Below, in pieces: positions 50,701 through 59,302 of a DNA stretch of 64,000 nucleotides. A program made the translations under genes and the position numbers. The stretch comes from Syntrophales bacterium (GTDB lineage: Bacteria; Desulfobacterota; Syntrophia; Syntrophales; UBA8958), in NCBI GenBank assembly GCA_026417625.1, contig JAOACW010000005.1:64456-128455 (forward strand), in the 5' to 3' direction. A model generated the notes under the pieces. That model was not told the origin of the DNA, did no database searches, and saw nothing but the letters and a program-made list of their open reading frames with translations. Position 1 is the stretch's first letter. Each line of letters opens with the position of its first letter.

Positions 50701-53304
50701 AACGATGTGAACATTGCCATAATTGGGGAATACAGCTCTGATATAGGTTTACCTGTTATTTACGGTTCTATTATTCAAAGCAAAAGATATTTGGAGGGAG
50801 GTATCAGCTACACCACGCCCGATGGTGGGGCGTATTACGGATGGCTTGGAGGAGTCGTGGATGCTCATTCAGCGGACAATATGGAAGGCAAGTTGTATGG
50901 GCTATACATTGCCCCTAACGGTTCCGCAGGTTATCTAAAAGGATCCGTTTCTGGGAGAATATACACAGGTATACGCATGTGGGAAGTGGATGGAACCATA
51001 CATCCCGAGTATGTAAAGGAAACCACCGGTATCGAAGCAAAGGATTTCCTCAATCCATCCAAGGATAACCTGGTAAAGGGGGCAATTGAGGCCCAGATGT
51101 CCTTTGGGTCTTTCGAGAACACTGGTTGGATAGGTAAAATGGCAATGGGCTGGGGTGAGTCTCGTTCCATCAAAGGACAGGATTGGGGAATCTTCTACGT
51201 CATTCACGGAGTGGATAACTTCTATGAGAATCCGCAGAATAAGAAGAACTTCACCGTTCAGACAGCTGGAGTAGGTGAATTTGGAGCTTTTCAAGATAAA
51301 TCGGGCAGCTTCGTTCCTGATTACGGTTATTGGGCTGTGCAGGTTAAGGGAATCGTGGATTTAGAAGCGGGGAAGATTTTCGGTGAACTTTCTGAAGGCG
51401 AGACAGCTGGAAAATTCCTGACTTATACAAAGGCGGGTATGATTAGCGACTGGCGCATGTTGGGAACTATAACTCCTGATGAAGGTAACAGTACAAAAGG
51501 TCGTTGGCAGGCTATCTCTGTGGGAACGTGGGAAGCGGATCAAAGTTTATCTTTCAGTAGTGGAATCGGCGGAAAAACCCTGCCGGAAGTTAGAGAGAGG
51601 AAGAGAGGTTATGTAAACTACAATGCTGGATATTCAAGCTTTAGCTACGCCTATGACATCAACCGGGAGAAACCGGAAGGATACGTGTCTAATCAAAAAT
51701 ATGTGGGTCCGGGTGCGCACGAGAGGACTTGGAAGGATTATCACTATAGTGGAGTTAATGATACTCCAATCATTGAAGTATGGACTAAAGCAGCAGACAA
51801 ACCGGAGGGGCAAGCAACGTATTCGTATGGTGGAACATATACGAAAGATAATATTGACGACAAGATTTATCAAGATATGTACAGTTTTACTGGTAAAACT
51901 GCGCCAGATGAGGAGTACCAGGAACACTATTTTCCAGACAGGGGCGGTGATTTTAGAGGCATCATGGGAGGTTATGGAACATCTCTCTGGAGTTCAATGA
52001 AGGATAACCCAACGAACCTTGTCTTTCTAGGACTTTACGATAACGAGGAACACAGAAAACGCATAATTTTCAATGGTGAAATCGTAAGTTTTGATCCAAA
52101 AGTGACCTTTGATGCTTATTCCAATTCAACTTCGCCCGTTGGTGGCGCTTATTACGGCTTCTTCGGCGGTCTCATTGACGAAAATGTTCGAGATGTAAAC
52201 GGAGCCGTTTATACCCTCTATGTCGATGATGGTGCCAAGGGATCCACGCAGAGAGCAGGTATCTTGAAGGGCTCATTTTCTGGGAACGTATATCCGCGAA
52301 CTGTGGAGGCGTTCGAGCAGGGAGGTATATGGGACGCTGAGGGGAGCATATATAAAATTGTAATGAAAGAAGGTACCAATCTCGAACCCTCGCAATTCAA
52401 TCCTGGAGACCTAATAACCAAGGATAAAGAATACTACAGTGAACACTTTATTTTTAATCACGAGGAAAGGTATTCCACGTTGTCCGATTTTTCAACGAGC
52501 GCTTATGCTTCTATTGTTATGAGTGCTTTCATAAAAGGGGATTACTGCTGGGGTATTGTCCAAAACATAGAGGCCGGCACGTACACAGGTACACCTTCAG
52601 GCAAAGTTGAATTGGCCAGGAGTGTGGACTGGAAAAACAACCAGGGTGGCCTTAAGATAACTACATCTACTTATTCTGATACTGATTGGAATGTAAATAA
52701 AGAGCGGATTTCCGGAACTTTTACAGGGTCAGTAACCCAATGGGAAGAAGCGAAGGTTTATATGATGGGTGGAGATATTCACGGAATGTTCAATCCTTCC
52801 ATTAAAACATACGAAATGGCCATAACAGGCGGAGTGGTTACGGTGGATAAATTTATGGAACTGGTAGGTTCTGAGACTGGCAGAGAAAACTTAAAATCAC
52901 TTAATATTCCCACTGTTTTTGTGGGGAAAGATACCTTGAGTGGCAATTACGGTGACCTAACTGTAAATATGAATAACGTTTCCTTCTATGCATATTCCAC
53001 TGGACAGTCACCCCGCATTTGGGCGACCAACGATGTTAATGGGACATTCACTCAAGCTCCTCAAACAGGAACCATTGTTCCGTTACAAGGTTCTGTCCTT
53101 GAGGCCCAGTTTAATATACAAAAGTGGGATGGGAGTAAGTGGGGCGCAAAAGTTATGGGACAAACACAATCAGGCAAGAACTTAGGTGGTTACGAGATTA
53201 AGTTCACTGGTGGTGCGGCAGGCACAATTAATCAGCAGGCTGGTACCTTTTCTGGAACGGCGGCGGGTATATCTGTCCCGAAGAGTGGCAGTAGCGGACA
53301 GTAG
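47800..53304 (+). CDS. Giant exported protein (1,834 aa), function unknown: signal peptide, FecR domain, K/E/P/T-rich linker, Ig-like (Y_Y_Y-type) domain, then about 1,450 aa of G/Y/W-rich super-repeats
   Basis: SPase I-type signal (..VSSFAQT). FecR signature (GDIIRTKLKSKCEVTFTDGNVLRLAENTRIRV ... AIAGVRGTNF). Linker at aa about 205-285. DATYYYRIDGSDW...GDHTLEVRGKDAAGN Ig-like module. Recurring WGI and GGAYYG...LY...G.LKGS.SG modules. A single uninterrupted ORF with a terminator 45 nt downstream. Confidence 0.85.
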   Translation: MINKKRFKIVGLMVICLLFTAVSSFAQTVGRITYIEGNVDITKPGKAAVPVRLGDGVDIGDIIRTKLKSKCEVTFTDGNVLRLAENTRIRVTEYTMGKDGTLNLFRGKIHSIVSATGVVKGSRYEVHTPTAIAGVRGTNFFTYFQAGVTGVIFKEGQGYGYSLNRPEEVVTIKAGQTMIVVDPSQPPVLRAATPQEIEKHTQDTAPAEKKKEEAKKEEKKEEAPSVKREQAKEEPKKEEAPPTTAELTPAPAPETPATETKTVTAVQKTTPPPTQPLVPVKQDTTPPEITIVSTQAEPTTGYRLSNVDVSLSSNEDATYYYRIDGSDWTETPKNFTLSNLSEGDHTLEVRGKDAAGNTSSPKTRSFHLSRYDLSGMFVMSGSNVQNGDATGKVAGVSNDNWGGWGIKMGGYGNYPTDSWKIQAGGQSYETTATNEDGYWIETVDGTTDYNTKKLKGTSDFTYLSKDRRGYGTGKTEGFYEEAGSVYRYQLNDSGKGKYTEIPLVFSGLVDAKYHYFDDESSEVTPDGGSKSIVGSTASPFESATETNVSGNDVDLYVMGKSDSYHPATWWGRVSGSYVGSTKLPDGFVASRTYEDFMEGMLLSLYVDGSGKAGILEGKFEGSNYTGISMFKSTTGSIKATLKDTGYTSQTTEKNYIEGTYYGDFLPNAYYIQDVAQGYLGAYTVRLIKDSKPAAWGIFNMELGGKFTKDPTNNWRLEAGGTSWLGNEDTEYWVSRINGSQWSYDETKGYRIVGEFSGGRYITEKSLGVIKGKLLGSYEIGDGFGSWVAVGMGTFERTHDLTKAPNFSSVLEEGNLAAVVPGDFYVGMYKKHYSPEGMPYEHHTLEYEYGYFKDGQGNTKKGFRSEYKETLKNGEEVEEEWHYYHNQTYVKWNYDAERFVEKGDAPSNLDLSTEPPTSNNFPGGEEAGYYSVHKQSFPTNSVQQVAKLDGVMGGLGNLWTASKDQKKGNDVNIAIIGEYSSDIGLPVIYGSIIQSKRYLEGGISYTTPDGGAYYGWLGGVVDAHSADNMEGKLYGLYIAPNGSAGYLKGSVSGRIYTGIRMWEVDGTIHPEYVKETTGIEAKDFLNPSKDNLVKGAIEAQMSFGSFENTGWIGKMAMGWGESRSIKGQDWGIFYVIHGVDNFYENPQNKKNFTVQTAGVGEFGAFQDKSGSFVPDYGYWAVQVKGIVDLEAGKIFGELSEGETAGKFLTYTKAGMISDWRMLGTITPDEGNSTKGRWQAISVGTWEADQSLSFSSGIGGKTLPEVRERKRGYVNYNAGYSSFSYAYDINREKPEGYVSNQKYVGPGAHERTWKDYHYSGVNDTPIIEVWTKAADKPEGQATYSYGGTYTKDNIDDKIYQDMYSFTGKTAPDEEYQEHYFPDRGGDFRGIMGGYGTSLWSSMKDNPTNLVFLGLYDNEEHRKRIIFNGEIVSFDPKVTFDAYSNSTSPVGGAYYGFFGGLIDENVRDVNGAVYTLYVDDGAKGSTQRAGILKGSFSGNVYPRTVEAFEQGGIWDAEGSIYKIVMKEGTNLEPSQFNPGDLITKDKEYYSEHFIFNHEERYSTLSDFSTSAYASIVMSAFIKGDYCWGIVQNIEAGTYTGTPSGKVELARSVDWKNNQGGLKITTSTYSDTDWNVNKERISGTFTGSVTQWEEAKVYMMGGDIHGMFNPSIKTYEMAITGGVVTVDKFMELVGSETGRENLKSLNIPTVFVGKDTLSGNYGDLTVNMNNVSFYAYSTGQSPRIWATNDVNGTFTQAPQTGTIVPLQGSVLEAQFNIQKWDGSKWGAKVMGQTQSGKNLGGYEIKFTGGAAGTINQQAGTFSGTAAGISVPKSGSSGQ

Positions 53305-53338
53305 AAGTAAAATTCAAGAATCTTTACTTAGTTAGATC

Positions 53339-54745
53339 TCAATTTTTCAGCTTGCCCACGCTGTGGGCAAGCTTTTTTAAATCGTAAAAAACACTTTCCT
53401 CAATGGTTCCAGTCCAACAGGGCAGAAGGGAGTTGTTGTGGAAGAGGGGTTCTCTTTCAAGTGGATAAGGGCTTGAACGTTTTGATTGTTCCCAGAGTGC
53501 TGTTCCTGGAACGGGAGAAAACTCCGCAAGTATCGGTTTTGCCCCAAGGTTGTGCACAAACCTGATGGATTGTAAAACTTCTTCTGGTTGCTGGTCAGGT
53601 AAACCGCAGAGAATGTAGACGCCGATTTGTGTCCCCTCGTAACCCGCCTCTCTCAGGTATGAAACCGCCATCTCCAGCTCTTGGTTTGTTATCTTTTGGC
53701 CCCACTTTTTTTGGCTTTCTTCGTTTGCTGTTTCGAACCCTAAACGGAGTGTAACAAATCCTGCTTTGAAAAGCAGTTTTGCCAGCTTTGGGGTAATATA
53801 CCTGGCATGCAACCCGTTGGGGCAGTGGAACCGTAAGTCGAAATTTTGATGCACGATTTCTTCCAGCATGGGGATAACTGAGATTTCAGCGTCAAGCAAA
53901 AAGGCATCGTCGTATATTGAAAAGTCTTTTACTCCTTTTGTTTTGGACCAGTAAGCGATCTCTTCTAAGACTCTGTTTGGGTTCCGTCTTAAAAACTCGG
54001 GAGAAAGAACACTGGAAGCACAGTATGAACAACTGAATGGACAACCTCGGGAAGTAAGGATAGGCACCTGATCCAGTTCCGGAAGTAGGTCAAAGGCGGG
54101 ATAGGGTAGTGCATCCAATTCGGTTTTATGGGGATCAAACGTAAGAGGTAGCTTTAGAACCTCGCGTATAATGAAAGAAACAGACTTTTCCCCTGGCCCT
54201 GTAAGGACAATATCTGCCCCAGAGAGAGTTGCGTGCTCTTTACAGAGGGTAGCGTAAATTCCTCCCAGGACAACCGGCGTTCCCGGAAACACTTTTTTGA
54301 TTAGCGATATGATCTCCCACACTCCCAAATACCAGTATGTCATAGTGGTGCCCGTGATGACCACGTCGGGTTGCTCTATGCTGGATAGGTATTTTTCGAT
54401 TAAAATCCTAGGGACACCGTATCTATGAAACTTTTTGTTAACCCCCACGAGGGATTCCGGTTTTGAGACTACCTCTTTGATGAATTTACCGTGTCCACCT
54501 AGTTTGCGGCGAGGCAGTGAATGGAGTTCATCACGGAAAAGATGAGGATCGAGGCAGTCAACGAAGGTTACTTTTGCGCCATTTTCTCTCAGGTATGATG
54601 CGATGTATAAAAGTCCGAGGGGTTTTAGCCAGTAGTCGTACGCTGCAAAATCGTATATCCAGGGATTTATGACGAGAACGTTTTTCATCGTGGATATTAA
54701 TATCATCCGATTTTTTTGGCGGCAAGTGCACTTTTCCGGATCCAT
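53339..54745 (-). CDS. B12-binding-domain radical SAM protein
   Basis: N-terminal B12-like region (VLVINPWIYDFAAYDYWLKPLGLLYIASYL) and radical SAM triad SRGCPFSCSYC. The start is uncertain (ATG at 54745, 54706 or 54688; none has a clear SD). Confidence 0.8.
   Translation of the reverse strand: MDPEKCTCRQKNRMILISTMKNVLVINPWIYDFAAYDYWLKPLGLLYIASYLRENGAKVTFVDCLDPHLFRDELHSLPRRKLGGHGKFIKEVVSKPESLVGVNKKFHRYGVPRILIEKYLSSIEQPDVVITGTTMTYWYLGVWEIISLIKKVFPGTPVVLGGIYATLCKEHATLSGADIVLTGPGEKSVSFIIREVLKLPLTFDPHKTELDALPYPAFDLLPELDQVPILTSRGCPFSCSYCASSVLSPEFLRRNPNRVLEEIAYWSKTKGVKDFSIYDDAFLLDAEISVIPMLEEIVHQNFDLRFHCPNGLHARYITPKLAKLLFKAGFVTLRLGFETANEESQKKWGQKITNQELEMAVSYLREAGYEGTQIGVYILCGLPDQQPEEVLQSIRFVHNLGAKPILAEFSPVPGTALWEQSKRSSPYPLEREPLFHNNSLLPCWTGTIEESVFYDLKKLAHSVGKLKN
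53349..53378 (+). terminator. Rho-independent terminator of the giant gene (embedded in the 3' end of the convergent radical SAM CDS)
   Basis: Perfect 11-bp stem AGCTTGCCCAC/GTGGGCAAGCT with a 3-nt loop, followed by T5. Confidence 0.7.
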
Positions 54746-54791
54746 ACGTCTAATGAGACAAAAGAGTGGAAATGTGGTAAAAGATTAAAAT

Positions 54792-55544
54792 ATGAGTAGA
54801 AAGGCAATATTTATTTCCGATGCACATCTCAAAAGGCCCACCGACAGGAACTACCAGAGTCTACTGGCATTACTGAACAACTGTTCATCTGGTGATAAAA
54901 AAGACCCCAATCTAATGGATTTAACTGATATTTTTTTCCTCGGTGATATCTTTGATTTTTGGTTCAGCCGTCACGAGATCTTTCCGCCCGAATTCAAGGC
55001 AATTGTAGAACGCATGATCTTCCTTGGTTCTCAAGGTGTGAGGATACATCTTTGTGAGGGGAATCACGATTTCTACCTGAGTGATTTTTTCGGGGGAGTG
55101 TCGGGTATTTATATATACGAGGATTGGTCAACTTTTGACCTTGATGGCCGCAAGCTTCTCCTCGGACACGGAGATCTTGTCGATCAGGCTAACACTAGAT
55201 ATATCTTCATGCGTCGGGTTTTGCGGAGTAGATTGGTCTATCGTCTTCACAAGATGGTACCTATTAAGCTGCTTTGGTTGTGTGCAAGGGTTTTATCTAG
55301 GATGAGCAAGGAGTTTATGGACGGCGAAGAAGGAAGGATATTTAAAAGCATGAGAGCTTTCGCACACGAAATGTTCGCGGATGGGTTCGATGATGTGATA
55401 CTTGGACATTGTCATGTTCCTCATCTAGAAAAGATATATACGCATGGTCGGGAAAGATTCTTCATAACAACGGGAGATTGGGTTCGGCATTTCTCTTACG
55501 TTTTGTACAGAGATAAAGATTATAAGCTCTGTTTCTGGTCCTAA
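54792..55544 (+). CDS. lpxH: UDP-2,3-diacylglucosamine diphosphatase (LpxH family metallophosphoesterase)
   Basis: FISDAHL, GDIFDFW, GNHDF, GHGD and GHCH motifs in LpxH order. Confidence 0.75.
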   Translation: MSRKAIFISDAHLKRPTDRNYQSLLALLNNCSSGDKKDPNLMDLTDIFFLGDIFDFWFSRHEIFPPEFKAIVERMIFLGSQGVRIHLCEGNHDFYLSDFFGGVSGIYIYEDWSTFDLDGRKLLLGHGDLVDQANTRYIFMRRVLRSRLVYRLHKMVPIKLLWLCARVLSRMSKEFMDGEEGRIFKSMRAFAHEMFADGFDDVILGHCHVPHLEKIYTHGRERFFITTGDWVRHFSYVLYRDKDYKLCFWS

Positions 55545-55613
55545 TCACTCCATTAAAGATTCTTTACATAAACTTAAGGTTGTGATACTCACCCGCAACG
55601 TTCGGAGGGAATT

Positions 55614-56471
55614 ATGAATTTTGGCGATTTAGAGGAAATTTGGACTGATTATGAATCGGCTAGATTTGTTGTGTTACCTGTGCCGTATGATTTGACCGCT
55701 TCTTATTTGCCTGGATCTCGCCGTGGACCAGCAGCAATCATAGATGCTTCATCCCATTTGGAACTGTACGATGAAGAACTCGATATGGAGACATACCAGA
55801 AGGGGATCCACACTTTGCCCTTTCTAGAAATCCAGGTGGGTGATCCTCAATGCGTTGTGGATGCTGTAAGGAATAGGGTAACGAAAATTATCAGTGATGG
55901 AAAGATACCAGTAGTTCTCGGAGGAGAACATACCGTCACTCTCGGTGCGGTTTTGGCTGCCCATGATTGTTGGAGAGAGATTACTGTTCTCTACTTGGAT
56001 GCACATGCCGACATGCGCGATGTGTATCAGGGTTCGAAGTTCAGTCATGCTTGTGTTGCACGCCGCATTTCTGAAATCTGTCCCCTTGTACAAATTGGCG
56101 TGAGAAGTTTGAGTTTTGAGGAAAAGAACTACATAATGGAGAAGGGTTTGACGTGTTTAACGACGCGTGAGATTCTTAATGGCTCTTTGGATTTGGATAA
56201 ATTAATTGGAAATCTGGGGGAGACTGTTTATATCACCGTTGATGTGGATGTGCTAGATTCTGGTATAATGCCTGCTACAGGAACACCAGAACCTGGAGGA
56301 ATATCTTGGATGCAGCTTCTAGATATCGTTAAATGTGTATGTCGCACATGTCGGGTAATTGGGTTCGATATAGTTGAATTATGTCCTGTACCTGGTTTAG
56401 TGGCACCGGATTTTCTGGTTGCCAAAACGACTTATCGTATTATGGGGTATCTATCATTAAAGGAGAGGTGA
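55614..56471 (+). CDS. speB: Agmatinase (arginase/ureohydrolase family)
   Basis: GGEHTVTLG, LDAHADM and VDVDVLD metal-ligand motifs. Adjacent to an arginine decarboxylase gene. Confidence 0.85.
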   Translation: MNFGDLEEIWTDYESARFVVLPVPYDLTASYLPGSRRGPAAIIDASSHLELYDEELDMETYQKGIHTLPFLEIQVGDPQCVVDAVRNRVTKIISDGKIPVVLGGEHTVTLGAVLAAHDCWREITVLYLDAHADMRDVYQGSKFSHACVARRISEICPLVQIGVRSLSFEEKNYIMEKGLTCLTTREILNGSLDLDKLIGNLGETVYITVDVDVLDSGIMPATGTPEPGGISWMQLLDIVKCVCRTCRVIGFDIVELCPVPGLVAPDFLVAKTTYRIMGYLSLKER

Positions 56472-56480
56472 TGAGTTAAA

Positions 56481-57029
56481 ATGAGTGTAATGGTTCCCAA
56501 AGCTGTTTTTTTCACTAAAGGTGTGGGCACACATAAAGAGGAGCTTCATTCCTTTGAACTAGCACTAAGGGATGCGGGAATCGAAAAGTATAACCTTGTT
56601 CAGGTGTCGAGTATACTTCCTCCTGGGTGCAAGGTTATCTCAAAGGAAAAGGGCCTCAAGATGTTGCGTCCCGGTGCCATAACGTACTGTGTGATGAGTC
56701 GGTGTAGTAGTAACGAACCGCGACGTTTGTTGGTTGCTTCCATAGGATGTGCCATACCTGCAGACAAAAAAGCTTATGGTTACATCAGCGAACACCATGC
56801 GTTTGGTCAGACGGAAAAGCAAGCAGGTGACTATGCCGAAGATCTCGCGGCAGCTATGCTAGCTTCCACATTGGGTATAGATTTTGACCTTGACGAAAGC
56901 TGGGACGAGAAAAAGAAAATATTTAAAATTAGTGGTAAAATAGTGACTACGCGAAATGTAACGCAATCGAGCATTGTAAAATACAATGGTTACACAACGG
57001 TGATCGCAGCTGCGGTGTTCGTTTTCTGA
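56481..57029 (+). CDS. pdaD: Pyruvoyl-dependent arginine decarboxylase
   Basis: PdaD family N-terminus ([44 protein letters not shown]), including the SS self-cleavage site. Confidence 0.85.
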   Translation: MSVMVPKAVFFTKGVGTHKEELHSFELALRDAGIEKYNLVQVSSILPPGCKVISKEKGLKMLRPGAITYCVMSRCSSNEPRRLLVASIGCAIPADKKAYGYISEHHAFGQTEKQAGDYAEDLAAAMLASTLGIDFDLDESWDEKKKIFKISGKIVTTRNVTQSSIVKYNGYTTVIAAAVFVF

Positions 57030-57106
57030 TAACCAGGGGGAGTAACGACAAGGTTCGTTTTACCTCCCGTTCCTGAGACCTTTTATTGCCTTTTTAAGGG
57101 CAAGGG

Positions 57107-59302
57107 ATGCTTTCTGAGCTTTTGGGCAATGCCAGTGCTGTAATACCCCCTACTCTGGGATTTATCATATACCTTTCCCTATCCATTTTATCTGTGATTA
57201 AAGGTAGGGGAAAACCTGCGACAGGGCTTTTCTCAGCTATTTGCTTCATGGGGGCATTGATAAATGGCGATGTAGCACTTGTAAACGTGCTTTCCGATAA
57301 AGATCTGGCTTTACGTATCGATAGGCTGACGTATGTATTTTTTGTATTCAGCCCACCTGTTTATATCCAGTTTGTACATCACTTTCTGGGCATAAAGAAT
57401 CGCCGGTATCTGGAAGTTGTCGCGTACATAGCGAGCTTCTCTCTTCTTTTCTTTGTACCTACGGAATTTTTTATTAAGGGCTTTGCTCAATTCAGCTTCG
57501 GTGTAATTGCTCAGGGAGGACCGGCCTTTCACTTTTTCTCATTAATTTCAGCCTTGACGGTTTTGTACTGTCTCTGGACCCTATACAGGGAGATGAGGAA
57601 TAGTCGCGATAACGTTCAGACGAACCGTATCAGGTATATTCTGTTGGGACTTGGTGCTGGATCTTTCCTCATCGGCCTCAATATTTTACCTGTCAGTGGA
57701 ATTGATTTTTACCCTATGGGTAATTTCAGTTTCGTCCCTGCTATCATACTCTCGTATGGCCTTTTGAAGTACGATCCCCTAGACATAGGGATGGCAATAA
57801 GAAAAGGGGTAATCTATACCACACTTACATTGATATTAACCTCCATTTACGGTTTGTTCATTTTTATAGTTAACACGCTTTTCGTTGAGAGATTTGTAGA
57901 GAAAGGTTTTATTTTATCACTGGCTCTGGCCTTATTTATGGTTTTCCTTTTTAATCCTACACACGTAGCTGTGCAGGACTTTATTGACAGGTTGTTCTAC
58001 CGTGGGAAGTATGATTATCAGAATCTTCTTCATAAAATTAGCGAGGAACTGGTAACTTTCCTGGATTTGGATTCTCTGAAAAATTTCCTCTTAAAGAGTA
58101 TTACGGAAGCCTTGAATCCTGAATTTGCAATACTCTTCGTTCTTGATGAAAAAAGGGGTATCTATGAGGCATGCACGTATGATGTGAAAGGTGTACCCTT
58201 TGACTGGGTGTCATCCCTGGATATTGGCCATCCGCTGGTTATGTATTTAAAAACATTTCCGAAACCTTTGAACCTTTATGACATGTATAAGATACCTCAG
58301 CACTTTGAAACTCGTGCAATTATGGAACTGTTTCATTCAAAGAAGATATCCCTTGTTATCCCTCTTATGACAAAAAATTCCCTTACCGGTTTCCTAGTTT
58401 TAGGTCAAAAACGTTCCGGTGAACTATACATTTTTGAGGATATGCACCTCCTGGAAATTATAGCTAATCAGTGTGCCATAGCGGTTGAGAATGCGAAAAT
58501 TTATGAGGAGCTGGAGTTACTGAACAAAGAATTAGAACGAAAGGTTGAGGAACGCACGGCTGATCTCATAAGAGCGCAGCAACTACTCATAAGATCAGAG
58601 AGTTTAGCAGCTATAGGACAGCTCGTTGCAGGAACTGCACATGAACTGAACAACCCTCTTGCAAGTGCTTCCAGTTTAGTACAGAGCGTCCTTGAGGAAA
58701 TTAATAAATGTCCTATAGAGGATGGCACGAAAAATGAGATCCTTGATGATCTTCAATTTTCGCTAAAAGAACTGAAAAGGGCTGCTGAAATCATAAGAAG
58801 CCTTCTCAGTGTGTCCCGTCAGACCCAAACTTACACTGAACCTGTGAATTTGAATGTTGTTCTCGATGATGCCTTGAGGGTTCTGCAGAACCAGATAAAA
58901 AATCTTCCTGTAATCATTGAGAAACATTACGAAACTGAATTACCGGAGGTTGAGGGAAACTTTGCAAATCTTGGTCAGGTGTTTATAAACATAATAAAGA
59001 ACGCTATTGAATCTCTGCCGAATGGTAAGGGTTCTGTGGTCCTCAGAACTATTTATGACAGAATAAGAGATACTGTGGTTGTTGAATGCCAAGACACTGG
59101 ACAAGGGATCCAAAAGGATCTCCTTCAGGAGATATTTAAACCTTTTTTTACAACAAAGCCTGTGGGGAAAGGGACTGGATTGGGTCTGTACATTTCCCAT
59201 GAAATTGTACGTCGTCATGGTGGAACAATAGATGTGGAAAGTGAGACGGGGAAAGGCACTCTGATTAGAGTGTGCATACCCTGTAAAAGGAGGATAACAT
59301 GA
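57107..59302 (+). CDS. Sensor histidine kinase: N-terminal polytopic (7TM-type) domain, GAF-like domain, HisKA, HATPase_c
   Basis: About 7 hydrophobic segments in aa 1-290. H-box AGTAHELNNPL. N/G boxes (IIKNAIES, DTGQGI, GKGTGLGL). Confidence 0.85.
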   Translation: MLSELLGNASAVIPPTLGFIIYLSLSILSVIKGRGKPATGLFSAICFMGALINGDVALVNVLSDKDLALRIDRLTYVFFVFSPPVYIQFVHHFLGIKNRRYLEVVAYIASFSLLFFVPTEFFIKGFAQFSFGVIAQGGPAFHFFSLISALTVLYCLWTLYREMRNSRDNVQTNRIRYILLGLGAGSFLIGLNILPVSGIDFYPMGNFSFVPAIILSYGLLKYDPLDIGMAIRKGVIYTTLTLILTSIYGLFIFIVNTLFVERFVEKGFILSLALALFMVFLFNPTHVAVQDFIDRLFYRGKYDYQNLLHKISEELVTFLDLDSLKNFLLKSITEALNPEFAILFVLDEKRGIYEACTYDVKGVPFDWVSSLDIGHPLVMYLKTFPKPLNLYDMYKIPQHFETRAIMELFHSKKISLVIPLMTKNSLTGFLVLGQKRSGELYIFEDMHLLEIIANQCAIAVENAKIYEELELLNKELERKVEERTADLIRAQQLLIRSESLAAIGQLVAGTAHELNNPLASASSLVQSVLEEINKCPIEDGTKNEILDDLQFSLKELKRAAEIIRSLLSVSRQTQTYTEPVNLNVVLDDALRVLQNQIKNLPVIIEKHYETELPEVEGNFANLGQVFINIIKNAIESLPNGKGSVVLRTIYDRIRDTVVVECQDTGQGIQKDLLQEIFKPFFTTKPVGKGTGLGLYISHEIVRRHGGTIDVESETGKGTLIRVCIPCKRRIT

